From contig CAMWQN010000002.1 in the NCBI GenBank assembly GCA_947176385.1, forward strand, positions 8,245-72,244: 64,000 nucleotides of DNA, in the 5' to 3' direction. The stretch is from an uncultured Rickettsiales bacterium. GTDB taxonomy: Bacteria; Pseudomonadota; Alphaproteobacteria; Rs-D84. The notes under the pieces were generated by a model. That model was given only the letters and a program-made list of their open reading frames with translations, ran no database searches and had not been told where the DNA came from. A program made the position numbers and the translations under genes. Shown here piece by piece: positions 55,753 through 64,000 of the stretch (position 1 is the stretch's first letter; each line of letters opens with the position of its first letter).

Positions 55753-56829
55753 ATGAATAAAATCATAGAAATTTTGAAAAGCAATAAATATGTCATTATG
55801 TGGACCGTCGCATATATCGCGATTGCATGGGCAATATTGCTGTTTATGTTTAATTTTAATATATTTGTCGGACACCAGTGGCAATTATTAATGCACGCTG
55901 AAATCAAGGGCTTTGCAGGATTTGTCTTTGGAATATTGATGCTGGCAGCATTGCCAATGTACATTGCAACAACCGCGGTTATTATACGAACCAAGCAACC
56001 ATTGATAACTGTAAATATCAAACCTGTTATTAAAATATTCACAGCAATTATTCCGCAACCCGTCCCGGCAGCAATCGCTGAAAAAATCACAAATACAGAT
56101 TATGCGCCACAAATTACAACCGAAACAGAAAATGGCACACCTGTGCAATCTGATGTCGAATTTCCAAACGCCATGCCCGAAGAACTGCGTGGTGCATTTA
56201 TTCGCGCCCGCCAACACATTGACCAATTCGCAACATCAGCATTTAATGCCACACCGAACGCTGAACCCATCTCAAACATTCCAGTATCAGATGCAACACC
56301 GGCATCAGACGTTGCCGAATTACCATTACCAACCGATTTTAATTTTGATTCGCCCGTCGATTCTGATTTTGCGCCCAGCATTGCAATGCCAACATTTACA
56401 GATATAAGTTTTGACGATGACGATAACGTTAACGACAACAAATCAGATGCCCCAACCAACGACACAACCGCTGTCCCAACAAGCACAAACAAAGACAATA
56501 ATGACAATGTTGTAAACTATCTGACAGAACACGGCTACGCCCCACGTCGTGACGGTGACATGATTATTGCAAATAATATTATTATCGCGACGCACGATGA
56601 CCCAGCCTTTTGGATCGCAGACCCTGAAACCTGGTTCGCCGCTGGCAAACAAAAACCATCCCCAATAAATCAATTGATTAAAGAATCTGCCAAGAATGGA
56701 TTGCGCCCTGTTTTATATTTGGCACAAACAAACATTCTGGAACTGGACACATGTCGTGCAGCCTGGGACACGATGGGTGTCACCAGCATCACAGATTTAA
56801 GCGAACTGCCACTGGCATCTGACAAATAA
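55753..56829 (+). CDS. Membrane protein of unknown function with an acidic low-complexity linker
   Basis: There are 2-3 N-terminal TM segments. The TTGACA-N16-TATATT promoter ends 6 nt before the ATG, so the mRNA may be leaderless. Confidence 0.6.
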   Translation: MNKIIEILKSNKYVIMWTVAYIAIAWAILLFMFNFNIFVGHQWQLLMHAEIKGFAGFVFGILMLAALPMYIATTAVIIRTKQPLITVNIKPVIKIFTAIIPQPVPAAIAEKITNTDYAPQITTETENGTPVQSDVEFPNAMPEELRGAFIRARQHIDQFATSAFNATPNAEPISNIPVSDATPASDVAELPLPTDFNFDSPVDSDFAPSIAMPTFTDISFDDDDNVNDNKSDAPTNDTTAVPTSTNKDNNDNVVNYLTEHGYAPRRDGDMIIANNIIIATHDDPAFWIADPETWFAAGKQKPSPINQLIKESAKNGLRPVLYLAQTNILELDTCRAAWDTMGVTSITDLSELPLASDK

Positions 56830-56859
56830 AAAATCCCGCCGTTTTGGCGGGATTGTTAC

Positions 56860-59847
56860 TTAGAACTGAGTATCCGAACATGTTTCCACAGGATCAGCCC
56901 ATGATTTGCAATACTTTTTACCAAACAAAGGATTTCCTTTCTTGGTGCATTGCTGGCTGCGAACACATTTATGACAATTCAATGTTTCCCATTCAAATGT
57001 CGATGTGATTACTTCCTTGTAATTCCATTGATTCAACTGTTTAGAACCAGTCAATTCACGCTGTTCAGATGCATCTGCACCATTTGATTTTCCATCTTTT
57101 GATGAACTGACCATACCGGCAATTCCTGCCCCAACCAAGGCCGCACCACCTGCTGTTAATCCCAAACTTAACCCACCGGTAAATGGAACAGCAACAACAC
57201 CAACAGCCGCAGCAACACCACCAACTACAGTCGAAAGAGCCCCACCGACTGCACCAAAGAACTGACTGCCGAATCCTTTTGGTGGGTTTGGTGACTTAGG
57301 CAAAGAAGATATTTCCGCGAAAGACACACATGCAACACGGGCAAATTCACGGCGTGCATCCATTGCGTTTTCACCCTGGATTTTTGCCATACGTTCACCC
57401 ATTGTGGCATAATCCTGTAACATCTTTTGATTCAATTCATCAAACTTCTTATAATAATTTTCCTTGGCAACCTTTAACGCCTGGGTTGCGATAAGCATAC
57501 GCATCTGTTTGGTCAGCCCCGGGAATCGTGCCGCATCCGCAGATTTTTCGCCAATTCTGCTGCGGGTGTCATTACCACTGCGTTTCATACCCTGAACTTC
57601 GCGTCCTGTCATACAGAATTGAACCGTTGTATCTGATTCTATAATATTGATAGCGGTATCAATATTTTTCTGTAACAAAGCCAGTTCCGCACGTACGCGT
57701 TCTTTTTGCGCATCGGTTGCATCCTTTTGATTTGCACGATCCAGATATTCATCAACAGAAACCAGACGACCGTCATCATCAAAGTCAACACTTTCCCAAT
57801 ATATTGTACCATCCAAGACCCCAGCAAATGGTGTAATTGGTCCCAATCCCGCCGATGTAGAACCTTCGACACGTCCTAATTCAGAATCTTGGATTTGTGC
57901 TATATCAGTACGGCAACCTGAATACGATATATCCATTGTATTATTATCTGACTTATATTCACAAATCTTATATTCCAGGGAACGTGCGCCAATATTTTCA
58001 TCAACGGCAAGCCCATTACAAGATTCAGTATCGCCACAAACTTTAATCATAGCCTCGTTTGCGGCATTTTGGCATTGAGTCAAGAAAGTATTATCGATAT
58101 TCAACATAATACCCTGAACCATATCAGCCAGTTTGTCATATACTTCATTACTTTTGACTTGTGTATTACCATACAGTTCGACACAGCCTGTTAACTTTTC
58201 ATATGGGCACATACGAATAATAGAGTCTGTATCCAAACCGACGCACTGCGAGAAGTCGGATCCGCATCGATCATCGGATGTCAAGCAAGCTTTAACTTCT
58301 TTGGTACAAGAATCGACACGCATAGAAGCAAGACGTGCGACAACAAACTGCCAGATTTGAGAACTTTCAGCATCTTTTTTAGAATTTGTGCTGATACCGC
58401 ATGCATTCAATGGAATCTTACAAACATTTAACATTGTCAACGGACGTGACAAGCACATGTCATAAGAACCATCTGGGTCATTTGGATCCATGGTATCTTT
58501 ACAAGCCTTTTGGAAGCAGGCAGAGATATTACCAACGCATTCTTGTCTTGCTTTGTCTTCTGCAATCAATTCAGCGGATTTAATTTGCGGTGCGATTTCT
58601 CTCAGGAAAGTATCCCAAACTTTATCTTTTACTGCAACACAGGATTCAGTAATACCCATACACAGTGGCTTTTTACCTTCCAATGTGTCATAAGTTGATG
58701 CAAAAATTTCTATCGTTGTAGCACTGCCCTTAATCGCATACATCTTTGTTGCGTTCTTGGTGCTTTTGGTTGTGTTTGTGCTATCCATTGCAGATACAGA
58801 TGCACAGTTTGAAAAATCTTCACCACAACCACCGGTAGTAATCATACATTTTTTAAATTCTGTTGTACACTGACCCAAGTCATACTTGTTTGCAATATGT
58901 AATTGTTCCAATGCAGCCTCTCTTAACGCCTGTTCTGCTGCATATAATTTTTGTGCACTGGCATTCTTTTGCTGTTTCAGACTGTTTTCATATGCCGTAC
59001 AATCTGAACGGATTTTTTGTGAATACATCATCTGCAACATTGACAGATCGCTGCCACATTCAGGCATTTGTTGTGTGCAAAGTTGTGCGGCTGCACGATG
59101 TAATGCATCACCTTCTTTGCCATCAACCATGCTTTGCATGCTGTTTGTTTCACCAAATATATCGTCTGTATCAAAATCAACCACAGTATTCCAGGCAGAC
59201 AAATCCAATGCTTTACGTGCACTTTTCTTCTTTACCTGTTCTTCTTTCTTTATTACAGACTGCGCGGCAGCATTTGCATTGGCAATTGCCTGGTCAGCAT
59301 CGCTGCCCATTTCAATTTTTTCAACCCCAAATGTTGCCATTTGATAACTTTGTTGATCCAATTTTTCAATTTCTGCCAATATATCGTCTAATTCTGCGCT
59401 TCTATCACTGCAAATACAGCGTCCACCACTTGTATTGTCCAGCATACAGAAAGAATCCATGCAACCTTCATATTTCTGGCGACACTCTTCGCTGACAACA
59501 GTATTTTGTGTTGCTGCTGCAACCTTGGTACCAGAATTAATAACCTTCTGAGTGGTTGCTGCACGTGCGCCAACTGCTGCCGGCTGTGCTGCTGGGGCTG
59601 CACCACGTGTTGCCACTGCGCGTCCTGTGGTCGCTGCCCGCGCTGCTGCCGCTGGTGCGGCTGCATTTGTTGCGGGGGCACTATTTCGTACTGCCGCACG
59701 GGCAGACGTTGCACTTCGTGCCGCTGATGTCCCAGCTGATGACGAGGCTGTCGTTGCCGTGCCACCGCGACGTTGTCCCGCCGTTGCAGCATTTGCGTTT
59801 GTACCCAAAGCCGCTAAAACCATAATAAAAAAGGCAAATAATCTCAT
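56860..59847 (-). CDS. Large secreted cysteine-rich coiled-coil protein, core family member (995 aa)
   Basis: Signal peptide and an Ala/Arg/Thr-rich linker. Motifs are CRQKYEGCMDSFC, conserved Cys pairs collinear with 5746-8208, a long glycine zipper, and a C-terminal NCHKC..C..C tail. Confidence 0.85.
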   Translation of the reverse strand: MRLFAFFIMVLAALGTNANAATAGQRRGGTATTASSSAGTSAARSATSARAAVRNSAPATNAAAPAAAARAATTGRAVATRGAAPAAQPAAVGARAATTQKVINSGTKVAAATQNTVVSEECRQKYEGCMDSFCMLDNTSGGRCICSDRSAELDDILAEIEKLDQQSYQMATFGVEKIEMGSDADQAIANANAAAQSVIKKEEQVKKKSARKALDLSAWNTVVDFDTDDIFGETNSMQSMVDGKEGDALHRAAAQLCTQQMPECGSDLSMLQMMYSQKIRSDCTAYENSLKQQKNASAQKLYAAEQALREAALEQLHIANKYDLGQCTTEFKKCMITTGGCGEDFSNCASVSAMDSTNTTKSTKNATKMYAIKGSATTIEIFASTYDTLEGKKPLCMGITESCVAVKDKVWDTFLREIAPQIKSAELIAEDKARQECVGNISACFQKACKDTMDPNDPDGSYDMCLSRPLTMLNVCKIPLNACGISTNSKKDAESSQIWQFVVARLASMRVDSCTKEVKACLTSDDRCGSDFSQCVGLDTDSIIRMCPYEKLTGCVELYGNTQVKSNEVYDKLADMVQGIMLNIDNTFLTQCQNAANEAMIKVCGDTESCNGLAVDENIGARSLEYKICEYKSDNNTMDISYSGCRTDIAQIQDSELGRVEGSTSAGLGPITPFAGVLDGTIYWESVDFDDDGRLVSVDEYLDRANQKDATDAQKERVRAELALLQKNIDTAINIIESDTTVQFCMTGREVQGMKRSGNDTRSRIGEKSADAARFPGLTKQMRMLIATQALKVAKENYYKKFDELNQKMLQDYATMGERMAKIQGENAMDARREFARVACVSFAEISSLPKSPNPPKGFGSQFFGAVGGALSTVVGGVAAAVGVVAVPFTGGLSLGLTAGGAALVGAGIAGMVSSSKDGKSNGADASEQRELTGSKQLNQWNYKEVITSTFEWETLNCHKCVRSQQCTKKGNPLFGKKYCKSWADPVETCSDTQF

Positions 59848-59989
59848 ATCCTATCCCTTTACATTCTTGTTTATAATATCATATTCATGGGAATAAAAAA
59901 AGACAAAATATGTAACTACACCCAAAATTATCTTGATTAAATCGTTTAAAACAATGTTTTTTACAGACACGTATTTTATAAATAAAAAA

Positions 59990-60009
59990 ATCCCGCCGAA
60001 TGGCGGGAT
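59990..60009 (-). terminator. Intrinsic terminator after rplQ
   Basis: The minus strand reads ATCCCGCC-attc-GGCGGGAT followed by TTTTTTT. Confidence 0.7.
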
Positions 60010-60026
60010 GTATTCAGCAGCCAACA

Positions 60027-60524
60027 TTATTCTTTATCTGCTGCTTTCTTTGTCTTTTTTGCCTTTGGTGCCGCTTTTTCTTCGACAACTTCTTCGGCTG
60101 CTGCTTCTGCAACTGGTGCAGCGGCGTCTGATGCAACTGTTTTTGCTTTTTTCGCATTTACATCGCGATCAACCAATTCAATAATCGCCATAGGTGCTGC
60201 ATCACCATAACGGAAACCAGCCTTTAATACGCGTGTATAACCACCTGGGCGCTGTGCATAACGTGGTCCCAAAACTGTGAACAATTTTTTAACTGCGTCA
60301 CCTGAATTGTTGCCCAATTCAGACGCTGTCAAACGACGGTTTGCAACAGTGTCAACCTTGGCACGGGTAATCAATTTTTCAACAACACTGCGCAAATCTT
60401 TCGCTTTTGGCAATGTAGTTTTAATTTGTTCTTTTTCAATCAAGTTCTTTGCCAATCCAATAAACAAAGCCTTGCGTGCATTTGTATCACGATTAAATGT
60501 GCGACCTGCGCTTTTATGTCTCAT
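60027..60524 (-). CDS. rplQ: 50S ribosomal protein L17 with an Ala/Lys/Glu-rich C-terminal extension
   Basis: MRHK..GR.F.R....R.A........L...E.I.TT..KAK.LR..VE.LIT.AK. Confidence 0.95.
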   Translation of the reverse strand: MRHKSAGRTFNRDTNARKALFIGLAKNLIEKEQIKTTLPKAKDLRSVVEKLITRAKVDTVANRRLTASELGNNSGDAVKKLFTVLGPRYAQRPGGYTRVLKAGFRYGDAAPMAIIELVDRDVNAKKAKTVASDAAAPVAEAAAEEVVEEKAAPKAKKTKKAADKE

Positions 60525-60681
60525 CGATTACTCCTATTTTTATCTTGTTTCTGCCCCAGAATACTGGGGATTAAATTAACACCAGTGCCTGAAATAGTCT
60601 GTTCAGTAACACCAGCGCCACAAATTCTAATATATTTCAAGAAAAAAGCAAGGGATTTTTACCCTTGCTTTTAATCTCTTA

Positions 60682-61710
60682 TTATTTATAAGGATCTTCG
60701 TATTTTTTTGCCAATTCAGCAATATTTTCTGGTGGCCAACCAGGGACTTCCATACCCAAACCTAAGCCCATTGCTTCCAACTGAACTTTGATTTCGTTCA
60801 AAGACTTGCGACCAAAGTTTGGTGTTTTCAGCATATCTGCTTCTGTTTTCTGGACCAATTCGCCCAACCAGTTAATCTTGTCGTTCTTCAAGCAATTGTT
60901 TGCACGAACTGACAATTCCAGTTCATCAACATGCTTTAACAATTTTGGATCAAATGGCAACGCGTCTTTTGCTTTTTCTTCTTCGCTTGGTGCGTTGATT
61001 TGTGCTGGGTCTTCAAAGTTAATAAAGACAACCAACTGATCTGTCAAAATACGTGCTGCATATGCGATTGCATCTTCTGGGGAAACAGAACCGTTTGTTT
61101 TAACAGTCATTTCCAGTTTATCATAATCTGTTGACTGACCGACACGTGTTGCAGAAACTTCGCTGGCAACATTCAAAATCGGTGAAAAGATAGAATCAAC
61201 AGGAATCACACCCAGTGGCAAACCATCTGCATGCTGCGACGCTGGAACATATCCACGACCTGTTGACAATGTGATTTCCATATCCAGGCTGGCACCTTTG
61301 TCCAATGTGCACAGTTCAACATCTTTGTTCATAACTTCGACGTTACCGGTTGTTTCAATCATGCCTGCGGTAACAACAGCTGGACCTTTTACTTTCAGGT
61401 ATGCTTTGTGCTGACCTTCGGTCAAAGCCTTGAAATATACGCCCTTTAAGTTCAAGATAATATCTGTTACATCTTCGCGGACACCCGAAATGCTAGAAAA
61501 TTCATGCTGAACGCCATCAATTTTGATATAAATTGGCGCGCAACCCTGTAATGATGACAACAGCACACGACGCAATGCGGTACCCAATGTCAAACCAAAA
61601 CCTTTTTCCAGTGGTTCTGCAACTAATTTTGCGATATTTGAATTATGTTCATCAACTTTGATTGTCAATTTTTTTGGCTTAATCAAAGTCATCCAGTTTT
61701 TTTCAATCAT
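60682..61710 (-). CDS. rpoA: DNA-directed RNA polymerase alpha subunit
   Basis: [33 protein letters not shown], and the C-terminal domain [12 protein letters not shown]. Confidence 0.97.
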   Translation of the reverse strand: MIEKNWMTLIKPKKLTIKVDEHNSNIAKLVAEPLEKGFGLTLGTALRRVLLSSLQGCAPIYIKIDGVQHEFSSISGVREDVTDIILNLKGVYFKALTEGQHKAYLKVKGPAVVTAGMIETTGNVEVMNKDVELCTLDKGASLDMEITLSTGRGYVPASQHADGLPLGVIPVDSIFSPILNVASEVSATRVGQSTDYDKLEMTVKTNGSVSPEDAIAYAARILTDQLVVFINFEDPAQINAPSEEEKAKDALPFDPKLLKHVDELELSVRANNCLKNDKINWLGELVQKTEADMLKTPNFGRKSLNEIKVQLEAMGLGLGMEVPGWPPENIAELAKKYEDPYK

Positions 61711-61946
61711 GAATTTACTCCATTCGGCTTAGTTTATTATTTTCGCCAATCGGCACGTCATAAAACCTTTTATGCGCGTGGGAATTTTATATCACAAATT
61801 AGCAAAAGTCAAATCTTTTATCATCCGCCCTGCCCCAATATCCGAACAAAATTTAACATAATAATTAGTATATATTATTTTACACAAAAATATTGACATC
61901 TTGATTTTTTTGTACTATCGTCACATTAACCATAAAAGGGAATAAA

Positions 61947-62291
61947 ATGAAAAAAGCAATTTTAGCATCTTTGTTCGCAGCAACTGTTTGCGGCACAGCG
62001 ATCGCATCAGACGGTGGCGTTTATTATGAAACAGAAACTGTTACCCAAAACGTTTCTGTAAAAATGGATACCACAACATATGATGCTGACACATACGTTG
62101 CACCAAGTCGCACGATTGTTGCAGTACGTCCATGTGCACGTGTTGCAGCAAAACCTGTTCGCGTAAAAACATATACCGAAGTTGTTGACCATTACCAGGT
62201 ATATCAGCCTGTAACGGTTTATCAGCCAGTTGGTGCATATGCACAGCGTCGCATAATTGAATCTGCCCGTCCATGCGGATGCGGTAAATAA
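61947..62291 (+). CDS. Small secreted hypothetical protein
   Basis: Signal peptide is MKKAILASLFAATVCGTAIA. A TTGACA / TGTACTAT promoter lies upstream and a strong terminator lies downstream. Confidence 0.65.
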   Translation: MKKAILASLFAATVCGTAIASDGGVYYETETVTQNVSVKMDTTTYDADTYVAPSRTIVAVRPCARVAAKPVRVKTYTEVVDHYQVYQPVTVYQPVGAYAQRRIIESARPCGCGK

Positions 62292-62310
62292 TCATTAACG
62301 CATAAAATAA

Positions 62311-62338
62311 AAAATCCGCCAATTGGCGGATTTTTTTT
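62311..62338. terminator. Bidirectional intrinsic terminator
   Basis: AAAATCCGCC-aatt-GGCGGATTTTTTTT. Confidence 0.75.
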
Positions 62339-62381
62339 ATATTCCCAAAACGGTGCAAGTTACCATCTATGGTGGGATTTT

Positions 62382-63011
62382 TTACCGCACATGTGCCGCA
62401 AACAATGCTGCGCGGAAAGTAGAAAAATAAGCACCACTGCGCACAAACCAGTCCGCCACACTGGATACAGCGCATTCTGGATAGCTATAATTGCCGTCAC
62501 CAACCCAGGATTTGCAATACAATTCGTATTTACCTGTTAATTTGTTTTTAACGATTATGTTGCCAACAACTGCTCTGCCCTTTTGGTTATATTTTGGATT
62601 GCTTATCGGATTACCATAGCCTTTGAATGATACACTATCTATTGTCATTGTTATGGATGCCGCAAATTCATACTGCTGACTGAATTTTGGTTCTCTTTCC
62701 ATCGCAGTCTTAAATTCTTTTACGTGCTCAGCATTTTCAACCTGACCGTCTATCGTGTAACCGTTATATTTATTTGTGTTCCACATGTTAGTTTCACAGT
62801 TGTAATATACAACGTTTGTATGACCAACTAAACGCTGTACAACAGCATCATTCAATTTTTCTGATGTCCCAGCTGATTTGACCTGTGGCGCTTTATCATC
62901 ATGTACCACAGTGGCACGCGATAAAATTTGCTGTTGCAATTCCCAATCCGCGGGGGACAACTTATAGCGAACACCATCAATGACTATATCTTTATTCTTT
63001 TTGTCTGCCAT
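62382..63011 (-). CDS. Hypothetical protein, tandem paralogue A
   Basis: Start placed at MADKKNKDIVIDGVRYKL; the ORF track begins at 63101. It is highly similar to 63202-63849 and has its own promoter and terminator. Confidence 0.65.
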   Translation of the reverse strand: MADKKNKDIVIDGVRYKLSPADWELQQQILSRATVVHDDKAPQVKSAGTSEKLNDAVVQRLVGHTNVVYYNCETNMWNTNKYNGYTIDGQVENAEHVKEFKTAMEREPKFSQQYEFAASITMTIDSVSFKGYGNPISNPKYNQKGRAVVGNIIVKNKLTGKYELYCKSWVGDGNYSYPECAVSSVADWFVRSGAYFSTFRAALFAAHVR

Positions 63012-63201
63012 GATATTTCTCTTGTTTTTTATTGACATACAAGATAGCAATATTTCATATTTTGTCAAATGATTTATAAAAACACAGGATTGCCACGTCA
63101 TGGCTTACACCATTCCTCGCAATGATAATGGGGATACACTCTGGACACTGAACTCTATAAAAAAATCCCCCAACTGGGGGATTTTTTATTGCACGCATAG
63201 A

Positions 63202-63849
63202 TTACCGCGTATGCGCCGCCAACAATGCGGCACGGAAAACGGAATACCTGGCACCGTAGTCCGCAAACCCGAACGCCCCGCTGCGGACAGCGCCGCGCGG
63301 ACTGAAGAAATCGTAAACGCCAACCCAGGATTTACAATACAATTCATATTTACCTGTTGCCTTGTTTTTAACAATTATGTTTCCAACAACCGCTTCACCA
63401 TTTTGGCTGTATTGTGGGTTGCTTATCATCTTAGCCCAGCCTGGGTAAAATGCCTTACCTATTGTCATTGTTACAGATGCTGCAAATTCATACTGTTGAT
63501 TGAATGCTGGAATGTTTTCCATCACAGACTTAAATTCTTTTACACGCTTGGTATCTGTGTCCTGACCGTTTATCGTATAGCCATTATACTTACTTGTGTT
63601 CCACACATTTGTTTCACAATTATAATACACAACGTTTATATGACCAACCAGGCAATTTACTACGATATCTGTCAGTTTCTCAGATATTACTATTACTTTT
63701 TCTGTCGCGACTGGTTTGATATCTGATTTAACAGGTGATGCTTTATCATTATTTACCACAATGGCACGCGATAAAATTTGCTGTTGCAATTCCCAATCCG
63801 CGGGGGACAACTTATAGCGAACACCATCAATAACTATATTTTTATCCAT
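63202..63849 (-). CDS. Hypothetical protein, tandem paralogue B
   Basis: MDKNIVIDGVRYKLSPADWELQQQILSRA... About 60 nt of its 5' coding sequence are identical to paralogue A. Confidence 0.65.
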   Translation of the reverse strand: MDKNIVIDGVRYKLSPADWELQQQILSRAIVVNNDKASPVKSDIKPVATEKVIVISEKLTDIVVNCLVGHINVVYYNCETNVWNTSKYNGYTINGQDTDTKRVKEFKSVMENIPAFNQQYEFAASVTMTIGKAFYPGWAKMISNPQYSQNGEAVVGNIIVKNKATGKYELYCKSWVGVYDFFSPRGAVRSGAFGFADYGARYSVFRAALLAAHTR

Positions 63850-64000
63850 ATAAAATCCACCTTATTATATTTGACAAATATAATAAAACACAGACTATAT
63901 TTTGTCAAATATTTTCATAAAAACATGTGGGGATTTAGGTCATTAATTATTATTTGTACTCTGTTATTTGTTCTTTGAAAAAAATCCCCCAACCGGGGGA

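Noticed and set aside
59388-59896. Multiple ORFs on both strands over the 5' end of the 995-aa gene
   Set aside because: The locally GC-rich region coding for the Ala/Arg/Thr linker keeps several frames open. Only the minus-strand frame with a signal peptide continues into the conserved family domains.
63100-63726. 208-aa plus-strand ORF
   Set aside because: It is antisense to tandem paralogue B and spans its terminator and promoter. The product is low-complexity.
1-64000. CRISPR arrays, IS elements or transposases, integrases, prophage genes, rRNA
   Set aside because: I saw no regularly spaced direct repeats with unique spacers. No ORF has transposase, integrase or phage hallmark motifs. 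Only att-like tRNA-end remnants are present.

Overview
This is a 64-kb AT-rich bacterial chromosome window, most likely alphaproteobacterial. Supporting evidence is a CcrM-type N6-adenine methyltransferase, an alpha-type RpoA N-terminus (MIEKNW..LIKPKK), L17 with an Ala/Lys-rich tail, ClpXP and NrdR. Housekeeping genes occur only singly or as short operons: tRNA-Leu, infA, recO, clpP-clpX, ccrM, nrdR-slt, rnhB-pgk, tRNA-Gln, ppiD-like, tpiA-grpE and rpoA-rplQ. Between them lies a very large accessory envelope repertoire. (1) A paralogous family of large, signal-peptide-bearing, cysteine-rich coiled-coil proteins sits in two clusters (5.7-13.3 kb and 45.9-59.8 kb). Four core members share an N-terminal C-x-DAY-x-x-C-M-D-x-F-C motif, conserved Cys pairs and glycine-zipper segments. 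(2) Three small Cys-rich secreted paralogues and a 654-aa furin/VSP-like Cys-repeat protein are present. (3) There are two autotransporters (one with chlamydial Pmp-type FxxN/GGAI repeats) and a 1232-aa ankyrin-containing protein with a beta-rich C-terminus. (4) A 1236-aa mosaic protein runs from a CarboxypepD_reg-like N-terminus to an OmpA-like C-terminus. (5) An orphan MotA/MotB-like stator pair is present. The most unusual non-coding signal is a family of at least eight structured 5' leaders, five upstream of surface-protein genes, two upstream of small HTH genes, and one stacked in tandem. All share one architecture: an enclosing helix P1, a hairpin X1:X', and a second copy X2 overlapping an intrinsic terminator. 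Helix sequences covary between copies, which indicates an undescribed riboswitch/attenuator-like regulon. Other notable items: an A10 tract separates a Cys-rich ORF from a start-less SGNH hydrolase ORF, tRNA-3'-end-derived repeats follow both tRNAs, a 119-nt tRNA-like element sits next to tRNA-Gln, there is a tandem paralogue array at the right edge, and intrinsic terminators are highly stereotyped. I saw no transposase, integrase, rRNA or CRISPR array.
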